Virus record (IMG/VR): IMGVR_UViG_3300000203_000003
Location: 77,979-141,978 of that record
DNA from: a virus
Lineage: Duplodnaviria; Caudoviricetes
DNA: 64,000 nucleotides
Direction: 5' to 3' (one strand)
Shown: positions 42,274 through 50,922 of the stretch, in pieces
How the letters are laid out: each line of letters opens with the position of its first letter
Numbering within the stretch: position 1 is the stretch's first letter
Position numbers and translations under genes: made by a program
Notes under the pieces: generated by a model
Told to the model about the DNA's origin: nothing
Databases searched by the model: none
The model's input: the letters and a program-made list of their open reading frames with translations, nothing else

Positions 42274-43533
42274 ATGGATCTCAAAGAACTCGACTCATTT
42301 AAACTGGCAGACGCAGTGACTTTTCACACGGAACTGAACCCTAAACTTTTCAGAGGTCGTCACCTACATCCTGAAGTTGAAAAGCAACTGAAAATCATCG
42401 CTGAAGATTTCATTGAAGAAATGGGTCTGTCTGATATTAACGTGGTTGATATCACAATCTCCGGTTCAAACGCAGCATACAGTTATACGAAACACTCTGA
42501 TCTAGATTTACATCTACTTGTGGATATGTCGAAGTTAAATAATGACGCAATGTATCTGGAGTTGTTTGATGCGAAAAAGACAATCTATAACGACACACAC
42601 GACATAACAATCAGACACATTCCAGTTGAGTTGTACATTCAGGATTCAAATCATCAGGTTACAAGCGTCGGTGAGTATAGTATTCTGCGTGATGAGTGGA
42701 TCAGAATCCCAAGTAAGCGTAGAGCAAACTTCGATCAAACAGCAACGGCTGCGAAGTATGAAAAACTGTCGAAGTTGATAGACAGAGCGTTGAAAACATC
42801 TGACCTGAATAAGATAAATCATCTGATCAAAACAATACATCGCTACAGACAAGCAGGGCTTGACCAAGGCGGCGAGTTCGGACCAGAGAATCTTGCATAC
42901 AAAGCAATACGAACAACTGGCCAGATCACTAAGCTGTATGCTCTGCGAGATAAACTTCATTCCAGAAGATTGAGTATCGAGGGACAGTATTCTCAATTGG
43001 AAGAATCAACGTCTACTCTTCCTAAAGTATTGTATCATGTGACTCCGGCGAAGAATCTGCCTGGCATAATGAGTAAAGGGTTGATACCGAAAGTAGGAAG
43101 TAGATCAGCACAAATATACAACGAACAATCTGGTATATTCTGTTTCCCCGATAAGGTATCAGTCGAAGATGCGCTGATGAATTGGTTAGGTGATCAGTTC
43201 GATGAGAATGAAACTCTGGCACTACTGGCTATAGATTCGACAGGACTACAAGGTAAATATACTCCTGGTGCAGAATATGAAGTTGTGATTACTTCTCCGG
43301 TCCCAGTCAGTAATATAAGTGTCGCATCAAAAGATGTAGACGCGATGTTTGAATCAGCATCAGGTTACATCCCAAGCAACGCTCAAAAGAATGATCCAAG
43401 ATACAAAACAGCGTTAACTGTAGATATCAAGCCGGATACGATCCAAGTAAATGCTAAAAAATTAGGGTTAGGTGGAATAAAAAGATCAGGAATTCCTCAG
43501 TTTGCCCGGGCCGATGGCAAAACAAAAAGATAA
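42274..43533 (+). CDS. Pol-beta-superfamily nucleotidyltransferase + ART-like domain fusion
   Basis: ISGSNA.Y.YT..SDLDLH, VELY; after QLEES linker LYHVT..I...GL.P..GIF; tail after MFES. Confidence 0.7.
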   Translation: MDLKELDSFKLADAVTFHTELNPKLFRGRHLHPEVEKQLKIIAEDFIEEMGLSDINVVDITISGSNAAYSYTKHSDLDLHLLVDMSKLNNDAMYLELFDAKKTIYNDTHDITIRHIPVELYIQDSNHQVTSVGEYSILRDEWIRIPSKRRANFDQTATAAKYEKLSKLIDRALKTSDLNKINHLIKTIHRYRQAGLDQGGEFGPENLAYKAIRTTGQITKLYALRDKLHSRRLSIEGQYSQLEESTSTLPKVLYHVTPAKNLPGIMSKGLIPKVGSRSAQIYNEQSGIFCFPDKVSVEDALMNWLGDQFDENETLALLAIDSTGLQGKYTPGAEYEVVITSPVPVSNISVASKDVDAMFESASGYIPSNAQKNDPRYKTALTVDIKPDTIQVNAKKLGLGGIKRSGIPQFARADGKTKR

Positions 43534-43607
43534 ATAGTAGTGTAGTTCGCGGAAGTGGAATTCCCAACTACTCTAATGCCCAAGGAGCAATCAGCATGAC
43601 TATTTAT
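43530..43607 (+). promoter_or_regulatory. Conserved structured endonuclease leader, copy B
   Basis: ATAAATAGTAGT-GTAGTT-CGC-GGAA-GTGGAA-TTCC-C-AACTAC-TCTAAT-GCCCAAGGAGC-AATCAGC-ATG-ACTATTTAT. Confidence 0.85.
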
Positions 43608-44267
43608 TATCTTATGGTTAAGACCCATAATATTACCGGTTTAAAATATCTTTGTCAGACAAAACGCAAAGACCCACACAAATATCTCGGATCCGGTAAA
43701 GATTGGTTGATCCATCTCATGCGTCACGGAAAAGAACATTCAACTGAAATTATTATTGCCTGTCAGAGCAGACAGGAACTGTACTATTGGGGAATGTATT
43801 ATAGTAGCCTATGGAGGGTAGTAACCGGCCAGGATGATTTCGGCAATAAAATATGGGCTAACCGGATTAAAGAAAACGGCGGGGGCGAAGGTATGACTTC
43901 GGCGCTAGCCACTGAAATTCAAAATAGGCCGGCTACAAAACTTAAAAATTCAGATTCCCACAAAATGTTATGGAAAAATAAAGAATATATTAAAAAGCAA
44001 ATAGATGCCCACCAATCCATAGATTATCGCACTCGGAATAGCGTACTTCAAAAAGAAGTACAAAATAGACCCGAAGTTAAAGAAAAGTTGAGTGGCAAAA
44101 ATAGTTACAAATACGATCATACAATTTACACCTTCATCCACACTACAGGGATTATAGAAACGTTAACTCAATACGACCTAATTAGGAAATATGATCTATG
44201 TCAGCCAAATTTAAATTCAGTTGTCCGTAATAAAAGACGAATACACAAAGGCTGGACGATAGCATAA
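43596..44267 (+). CDS. Free-standing GIY-YIG-like endonuclease (MTIYY family)
   Basis: First ~33 aa nearly identical to the 28124 protein; divergent C-terminus ending HKGW. Confidence 0.8.
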   Translation: MTIYYLMVKTHNITGLKYLCQTKRKDPHKYLGSGKDWLIHLMRHGKEHSTEIIIACQSRQELYYWGMYYSSLWRVVTGQDDFGNKIWANRIKENGGGEGMTSALATEIQNRPATKLKNSDSHKMLWKNKEYIKKQIDAHQSIDYRTRNSVLQKEVQNRPEVKEKLSGKNSYKYDHTIYTFIHTTGIIETLTQYDLIRKYDLCQPNLNSVVRNKRRIHKGWTIA

Positions 44268-44344
44268 CCATAATCCGCCCTTGCTTCGAAAATAAACTCT
44301 CTTTAAACCAATTTTGATAAATAGTATATAAGTGGAAATATACT

Positions 44345-46447
44345 ATGCAAATCAAACACCTCGAAGAATGTTCAACAACTGCAGGCGCTGTAGCAACATT
44401 CGCTCAACCATTTGAAACCGTTCAAAAGCGCACTCCGGAGAAGAAACTTAAAGGTAGCAATCTACTCAAAGGTATCAAAACTTCAGCGAAGTATGCTAAC
44501 AGCCTACACGAAGGCGAGGGTTTCCCGCATGATGTAGATCACATGCCCGGTCAAACTATCAAACACCAGAATACAAACTGCACTGCTTGTCATGGTCGCA
44601 AGGTGCAGTATAAACTCGGTGGCAAACTATACCCAGACAATAAGAAAGGTGCCACTAAAGTTATATGCCCAACTTGCAACGGTACCGGTGATAAGGAGCA
44701 TACCGACACAGAAGATGGCCGCAATTATGCTAATGCGTTTGGTACATACCAGTATGAGTCAGTCGAAGAAGGCGCCAAGGTAGATCGCATGGTCGGTCAT
44801 GTCAAATCAAGCGAGAAGAAACTTGGCAAGTCCTCGAAAGAAGCAGAAAATATCGCCTGGGCAACCGCCAACAAGCGTGGTATGCTTGATAACAAGAATA
44901 AGAAGGTGGCGGAAGGCTTCTCTAATGATATGTCTACAGAAGATATGATTGCGTATCTAAGACAGCACCACGATGAGAATCTACACCCCGATTATCTAAA
45001 TCATCTTACTAATACGAACAGCAAGTTTGTGCTAAAAAATATCCCACTAAATTCCATCAGAACTGAATTGTCAGGATTAGATAGAACAAAAGTAGAGCAA
45101 TACAAAAAGATGGACTTTAGCAAGGCTCCCCCTATAGTAGTTGGTAGTGATGGTAATATATTAGATGGCTATCACAGAGCCAATGTAGCAAAAGCATTAG
45201 GGATCTCTACTATTAAAGCCTATGTTGGCATTAAAGGTCAGCAAGGTGTGGCGGAAGCAGACGATAAAAAAGAATGGCAAAAACAAAATGCTAAACCAAA
45301 ACAGTTAGGAAAAACTGAAAAGTATTTCTCTACGAGACATACTACTAAAGATACTGGCGCAGCCGACAAAGAGCAAGGTGTGGCGGAAGGCTCCATATCT
45401 GATTTGTTGAACAAGGATCCTACATCTCCAAAATTTAACGACCATTCAGCACCACGCAAAACAAAACATTCTGGTAGCACCCCGACCCCATATGAGCAAG
45501 GCAGATTAGATGCCCACAGAAAAAAGTCATATAACAATATCCACAACAGCGAACAGGATGCAGAAGATTATAAAACTGGATATAGACACGTTAAATCTAG
45601 GCAAGGTGTGGCGGAAGCAAATACACTACCAGCAGGACAGGCTGTTGCAGCACAACCTCAAGCAGGTAAGAAGTCTGGCCCGATAAACATGGTGGGCCCT
45701 GATAAGAACAAGCACGTAGATGTTAGTGCTAATCCTTCTGTGGCACAATCTAATGACCCGGAATTAAGACGCAAATCTGAGTGGGCGCAGCGACACTACG
45801 GTGCTACTCTAAGCCCTGATGAAGCCATGAACAAGTGGATGCAGCGAGGACTAGACATTACTGAAAAGAACGATAAGCGCCACGACGCAGAGATTGCCAA
45901 ACTGATGAAAGAAATAGCCGGCCTTAAACGTATCATTAATAACCTGCACCCGGCGGCAACCGGAGCATCTAACGTTGCTGAAGGTGAAATCACAGAAGAT
46001 GATGTAGTTCTATCTGCTGACCGTCGTCGCCCTAAATCAGGACTGCTATCTAAACCAGAGCAGGCGATGAACCCCGCTGATGTGGTGAAGCTTGACGTTC
46101 CATTGCTGATCAGACTGCTTGAGTTTGCCAAGGAAGATGCGGCTGACGATATGGCTCTACATGATCTTGCTGAAAAGCTAGTAGCAGGTTGCCAACGTGG
46201 CAGAACTCTGACAATGAAAGACTATGATAGTCTTGTCCCTTCAACACCAGAAGCACCTGGCCCAGATGAACAGGAGGACTTCGAAGGCAAGTTCAATCAA
46301 GAGATGGATGAAATCAGTGATCCCGCAGTAAAGAGTTATCTTGGCAAAGCAATGACTGATACACTCACAGGTAAGAAAGATCGTAATTCTGGTATGAAAC
46401 GTGCGATTAGCAGGTTAGCTGGGACAAATAAACCACTGACTAAATAA
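44345..46447 (+). CDS. Modular polyprotein: CxxC Zn module, ParB/Srx-like module and small modules separated by (QG)VAE linkers
   Basis: CTACHG..CPTCNG; PPIVV..ILDGYHR; linkers LHEG, VEEG, VAEG, QGVAE x3, NVAEG, ITED, MDEI. Confidence 0.7.
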   Translation: MQIKHLEECSTTAGAVATFAQPFETVQKRTPEKKLKGSNLLKGIKTSAKYANSLHEGEGFPHDVDHMPGQTIKHQNTNCTACHGRKVQYKLGGKLYPDNKKGATKVICPTCNGTGDKEHTDTEDGRNYANAFGTYQYESVEEGAKVDRMVGHVKSSEKKLGKSSKEAENIAWATANKRGMLDNKNKKVAEGFSNDMSTEDMIAYLRQHHDENLHPDYLNHLTNTNSKFVLKNIPLNSIRTELSGLDRTKVEQYKKMDFSKAPPIVVGSDGNILDGYHRANVAKALGISTIKAYVGIKGQQGVAEADDKKEWQKQNAKPKQLGKTEKYFSTRHTTKDTGAADKEQGVAEGSISDLLNKDPTSPKFNDHSAPRKTKHSGSTPTPYEQGRLDAHRKKSYNNIHNSEQDAEDYKTGYRHVKSRQGVAEANTLPAGQAVAAQPQAGKKSGPINMVGPDKNKHVDVSANPSVAQSNDPELRRKSEWAQRHYGATLSPDEAMNKWMQRGLDITEKNDKRHDAEIAKLMKEIAGLKRIINNLHPAATGASNVAEGEITEDDVVLSADRRRPKSGLLSKPEQAMNPADVVKLDVPLLIRLLEFAKEDAADDMALHDLAEKLVAGCQRGRTLTMKDYDSLVPSTPEAPGPDEQEDFEGKFNQEMDEISDPAVKSYLGKAMTDTLTGKKDRNSGMKRAISRLAGTNKPLTK
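44906..45617 (+). repeat. Dispersed in-frame direct repeats GCAAGGTGTGGCGGAAG (QGVAE)
   Basis: Exact 17-mers at 45241, 45373 and 45601; 10-nt core GTGGCGGAAG also at 44906; spacings 342/132/228 nt. Confidence 0.9.
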
Positions 46448-46451
46448 TCGT

Positions 46452-48275
46452 ATGAGAGCATTAGAGTTTTTAAACGAAATAGCAATGAATCCGAACTCCC
46501 TGAGAAGGGACGCCGAGAAGATCAACGCCATGGCAGGCATGGAGTTTGAGATGTATGTCCCGAACGCAGGTGGGCCAGACAATGACTACGAATCTGTGCC
46601 TGACTATAGTATGGATGAGCAGGCCAATGATATAGACTATATCATCCGCTTCTTTAACGGCGGCGATGGCTACAATGATCGTAGAGATTTAGCAATGCTG
46701 CGTGACGAACTTGAAGATGCTTACTCTGAATGGGGCATGGAGCAACAATCTGAACAGTGGCACCAAGAAGGTAAAGAACTGCTGAAAACATACATGGAAG
46801 AAAATGATTGGGACGCCGACGAAGCAATCGATCAAGCAATGAATGATCTTGGATTCACCGCAGAAGAAAAAGACGAAGCCAAAGACGGTGGAGACTCTGC
46901 AAAAGGCATACAGACAAGTAAAGAGTTACCTGATACGCCGGCGTATCATAACTGGGTCCGAGCCGTTACCGTTGCTGAAGAAGCATTTGATGAAAAAGTA
47001 GAAGAAGAATGGGACTCTCAAGGCAGGTTATATGACAAGGCCCGTGAAGAATGGGAAAATGATTGGGAATGTCCTGATCAACGTGACTTCCTACGTGATA
47101 ACAACCTCCGTCGCATGAGTGATGTGGAAAATAACTACACTATTACATGGCCGTATCGCACCGCGCCTGAAGCCGGTGAGCTTGACATGGATTCAGTCGG
47201 TGAGATGTTCAGCAAAGCAATGGGTAAGAAAGTCATAACCGGTGGATATCATCGTGCCGGTCGTTCTCCAACTGCATACTCACTTGAACCGGACGGAAGT
47301 CTTGACTCACCGAATGAACCTGAAGATGGTGGTCTGGAATTCATCAGTCCGCCGATGTCTATCCCTGATATCATCGCTGATCTGAAGAAAGTTAAAGCAT
47401 GGGCAGATGAGACCGGTTGCTACACAAACGAATCAACCGGTCTTCACATCAATGTCAGCGTGCCTCAAGGTGCCGACAGAGACTATGTTAAACTTGCTCT
47501 GTTGCTCGGAGATGATTACATACTTGAACAATTCGGGCGTGAAGCAAACACATTCTGTAAGTCAGCACTGGCCAAAGTAAAGCAATACGCAATGACACGT
47601 GATGCAGATGCCAAAGCAGTTCTGGAAAAGATGCGTTCAGGTCTTGACAAGTTTGCGTCAAAAGCAATTCACAGTGGCAACACAGACAAATACATCAGCA
47701 TCAACAACAAAGGTGACTACATTGAGTTCAGATCGCCCGGCGGCGATTGGTTAGATGATAACTTCGACAAGATTGAAAATACGTTGTTGAGAACTGTAGT
47801 TGCGCTTGACGCCGCAAGTGATCCACAGAAGTATCGCAAAGAATATCTGAAGAAGCTGTACAAGATCCTGGCCCCAAAGGGTGAAGGCGATCCGATTGGT
47901 ATCTTCGCCAAGTATGTCGCCGGTGATATGCCAGCAGCCGCCCTAAAAAGCTTCATCAAGCAGGTACAGCTACAAAGAAATATTAAGAAACAGGGCCCCG
48001 AAGTAGCAGCGCCGGCTGCTAGCATCAGAACACGCTCCGGTTATCTGACTCCTAATCAAGATTGGGAACCTGAAACAACTCAACCCGGCACTACGCCTGG
48101 TATGGTCCCGTGGGCGCTTGTTAATCGTAATACCGGTGAACACATTGGCGAACCATTTATGGCGCCACCGGGCGCCGTAAACGCCGGCGCATATGACCGA
48201 GCGATTGAGATAGTAAATCAAATGGGACTAACACCGGAGCAACGACGGGAACTCATCGTTCAACCGGCAGACTAA
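46452..48275 (+). CDS. Putative amidoligase (COOH-NH2 ligase type 2)
   Basis: GMEFE, EPDGSL, GLEFISP, STGLHINV, KY..IN, IEFRSPG; N-term MRALEFLNE. Confidence 0.8.
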   Translation: MRALEFLNEIAMNPNSLRRDAEKINAMAGMEFEMYVPNAGGPDNDYESVPDYSMDEQANDIDYIIRFFNGGDGYNDRRDLAMLRDELEDAYSEWGMEQQSEQWHQEGKELLKTYMEENDWDADEAIDQAMNDLGFTAEEKDEAKDGGDSAKGIQTSKELPDTPAYHNWVRAVTVAEEAFDEKVEEEWDSQGRLYDKAREEWENDWECPDQRDFLRDNNLRRMSDVENNYTITWPYRTAPEAGELDMDSVGEMFSKAMGKKVITGGYHRAGRSPTAYSLEPDGSLDSPNEPEDGGLEFISPPMSIPDIIADLKKVKAWADETGCYTNESTGLHINVSVPQGADRDYVKLALLLGDDYILEQFGREANTFCKSALAKVKQYAMTRDADAKAVLEKMRSGLDKFASKAIHSGNTDKYISINNKGDYIEFRSPGGDWLDDNFDKIENTLLRTVVALDAASDPQKYRKEYLKKLYKILAPKGEGDPIGIFAKYVAGDMPAAALKSFIKQVQLQRNIKKQGPEVAAPAASIRTRSGYLTPNQDWEPETTQPGTTPGMVPWALVNRNTGEHIGEPFMAPPGAVNAGAYDRAIEIVNQMGLTPEQRRELIVQPAD

Positions 48276-48276
48276 T

Positions 48277-48663
48277 ATGAGAGCCACAGAGTTTCTATCC
48301 GAGAGTCAGCAAACAACGCTGAATGATTTATACGACAGTGATCTTCCGGGGCGCGATGAATCTCTATGGGATGAGATAGGAACAATGGATCTTGACACGC
48401 CGTTGATGATTCATACGATGCCCCGATACAAAATAGAAATCATGTTGCTTGGTCAATACCGGGTCGAGCACCTTGATGAAATTGTTGACATGATGGCCCC
48501 GGATCAGAAAGAAATTCTTGAACGCTACATGAATGATCCAACATTAGCTGACAAAGTTATTGTGATATCTGAGCATAGGATCATCGACGGCAATCATCGT
48601 GCGTTGGCAGCAGCATATAAAGGCACTTCGATTAAATACATTGATCTATCAGAACTACAATGA
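48277..48663 (+). CDS. ParB/Sulfiredoxin-like nuclease-fold protein
   Basis: IIDGNHRALAA; N-term MRATEFLSE. Confidence 0.7.
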   Translation: MRATEFLSESQQTTLNDLYDSDLPGRDESLWDEIGTMDLDTPLMIHTMPRYKIEIMLLGQYRVEHLDEIVDMMAPDQKEILERYMNDPTLADKVIVISEHRIIDGNHRALAAAYKGTSIKYIDLSELQ

Positions 48664-50225
48664 GAGCCCATATATTTCTATACGAAACAATAGATCCTAC
48701 AAGAGAGGATCTGGTCAGCGTGGCTCAATGGCTACACGCCGAACCTGATCAGATTGAAGTTCATATCAAGCATGAACCTATTGACAAGTTCCTGGGTCAG
48801 ATCAAAGAGATGCACGGAACCTTCAATGAGTTTCCCAAAGACGAACGGCGAACAAACAAGATTCTTCGTCTGTTGAAACAAGGTGCCACTCCGATGCCAA
48901 TGTATGTGGAGCAGGGCGATCCTGATCTATTCGTCATGGAAGGTCGCCATCGTATGGTTGCGTTCTGGCTCGCCGGAATGAAGACAGTTCCCGTGGCGTA
49001 TGCGTCAAAGAAGTTAGACGAAACAATAAATCCTGATATTCTTAATAAAAAATTCAATCATACTCAAGAGATTGGTGATTATACTTACAAAGCGTCAGTT
49101 GAGATATTTATGGATGAACCATTGTTGAACATTAAAGCATATGATGGTAATAAAGAAATAGGTCAAATATTGTTTCAAATATTTGACTGGGAAGATGATA
49201 CGAACGATGGATACATGGAAAGTGGCGGCACTGAAGTTGATCCAAAATATAGAAATAAAGGTGTAGCATCCACTATGTATGCGTATGCGAAGATGTTGGG
49301 CAATGATATAAGACCTAGTTTTCAACGAACTACAGCGGGTAGAGGAATGTGGGACGCATGGCAAAAGTCAGGTGATGATAAACATCTCGTCGCTGAGGAT
49401 TCCTATAGTCCGCCAACACTACACACCGGTGACAAAATTTTGAAGGGAAAATTTAAGAACAGTCCTGCTGAGATTAAAGGCTTCGGTAAGGACAAACATA
49501 ACCAGCCAACCTTGCGGACAAATAAAGGTGACATACAGTTGTTCAAGCCTCGAGTGGTTAAACTTATGCCGGATAAATTAGATGAATACGAGCGTGATAC
49601 TCCCAACAGCAGACAAATCTTCTCCAAGTTAGAAGGGCTCGGATACAAGAAGTTAGGTCACGGTGCTGACGCCACAGTGTGGGCGAAGGATGATAATCAT
49701 GTCATCAAGATTCTGATGCCCAGACGCACTTTGCCAAGTGATGTCACCAATGCTGAAAAAGGCTTTATGACCTTTTATGAATTCTGTAAAAAGCATCCGG
49801 AGTTACCTAATCTGCCGCGATTTATTGATATTGGTGGGCAAGGAACTACTGTGTTTGAAATTAACGGGACGCCGTATAGACAAATCGCAATGGAACGACT
49901 GTTGCCGATTCCAGACAAAAGCTTTGAGCAACGCATAGTGTGGTTGCTGAGTGATCTAGCAAAGATCAGAGCGCCCTGGAGCAATGTAGTCAGCATGTTG
50001 AAGAAGCCGGGTACTTGGCCTCCTAGTTGGCAGGAGATGCCTCAGTTGATTGCTGAGAGATTCGCTGACCCGGTAGTCAGCAAACAATTCGGAATATTAT
50101 ATTTGACAATGTCCAGGTTGTATCATGCTGGACTCAAATCTGGACTCGGTTGGGACCTTCATACCGAGAATGCAATGATGCGGCGAGACGGCACCATTGT
50201 TATCGTTGATCCGTATTTTACCTGA
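48660..50225 (+). CDS. Polyprotein: ParB/Srx + GNAT acetyltransferase + small beta domain + protein-kinase-like domain
   Basis: EGRHRM; VDPKYRNKGVASTMY..T.AG..MW; LGHGADATVW..VIKI..ERL..DLHTENAM..IVDP; linkers LYE-T, LDE-T, VAE-D, LDE-Y. Confidence 0.78.
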   Translation: MRAHIFLYETIDPTREDLVSVAQWLHAEPDQIEVHIKHEPIDKFLGQIKEMHGTFNEFPKDERRTNKILRLLKQGATPMPMYVEQGDPDLFVMEGRHRMVAFWLAGMKTVPVAYASKKLDETINPDILNKKFNHTQEIGDYTYKASVEIFMDEPLLNIKAYDGNKEIGQILFQIFDWEDDTNDGYMESGGTEVDPKYRNKGVASTMYAYAKMLGNDIRPSFQRTTAGRGMWDAWQKSGDDKHLVAEDSYSPPTLHTGDKILKGKFKNSPAEIKGFGKDKHNQPTLRTNKGDIQLFKPRVVKLMPDKLDEYERDTPNSRQIFSKLEGLGYKKLGHGADATVWAKDDNHVIKILMPRRTLPSDVTNAEKGFMTFYEFCKKHPELPNLPRFIDIGGQGTTVFEINGTPYRQIAMERLLPIPDKSFEQRIVWLLSDLAKIRAPWSNVVSMLKKPGTWPPSWQEMPQLIAERFADPVVSKQFGILYLTMSRLYHAGLKSGLGWDLHTENAMMRRDGTIVIVDPYFT

Positions 50226-50318
50226 ACACACCTTAGGACCGCAACTTAGTTGCGTGTGTGGGGTCGTCGCTCACCCTAATAACAATGGAGTCGTGCCCGG
50301 GTTTATTTAAAGAGCGAC
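50226..50318 (+). ncRNA. Candidate structured intergenic RNA with pseudoknot
   Basis: ACACA/TGTGT enclosing CGCAAC-TTA-GTTGCG; GGGT/ACCC stem whose loop GTCGCTC complements GAGCGAC at 50312. Confidence 0.45.
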
Positions 50319-50346
50319 ACTTTATTCTCCCTAGCATAAATACACT

Positions 50347-50922
50347 ATGCGCGCCAATCAATTTATCACAGAATCAGCTTTAAATGACCTAGAGCGTCAA
50401 CTACCAAGCCACCTTACTCACGGTCACAGTGCCCTTGACAATCTTATGCACAAAATTGCCCGTAGACATAATCTTACAGACGATGCACTACATGATATGT
50501 TCAAACGAAAGCACCTTAAGTCGCCACATGATCTGATCAAAGACAAACTACACGAAGAAGGTGATGATAATTCAGACGAACAAACCAGAGACTTCATCAA
50601 GTGGGCTATAGAAGTGCTGCATATTCAACAACCATATCCCAAGATCACTCTAAGCAAAGACTCAGACGCAGCCAGAGAAGGTCACCACACTGGATTGAAC
50701 ACTCCTGCTGCCAACACGATCTGGATTTATGTCGGGAACAGAAACCTTATTGACATTCTCCGTACTGTTTTCCACGAACTCACCCATACCAGACAATATC
50801 AGATGGGCATGGTCAAAGACGGCGACAGTTATCCCGGCAGCCCCATCGAAGTACTGGCTGATGCCATGGCCGGAAAGTATATCAAGATATACGGCAAGGA
50901 ACATCCGGAGATATTCCAATGA
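50347..50922 (+). CDS. Zincin-like metallopeptidase-domain protein
   Basis: ILRTVFHELTH..Q..E..A (HExxH); N-term MRANQFITE; internal LHEE linker. Confidence 0.7.
   Translation: MRANQFITESALNDLERQLPSHLTHGHSALDNLMHKIARRHNLTDDALHDMFKRKHLKSPHDLIKDKLHEEGDDNSDEQTRDFIKWAIEVLHIQQPYPKITLSKDSDAAREGHHTGLNTPAANTIWIYVGNRNLIDILRTVFHELTHTRQYQMGMVKDGDSYPGSPIEVLADAMAGKYIKIYGKEHPEIFQ

Noticed and set aside
44906-45617. CRISPR-like array reading of the 17-nt repeats
   Set aside because: Repeats are short and non-palindromic, spacers are long, unequal and in-frame coding, and there are no cas genes.
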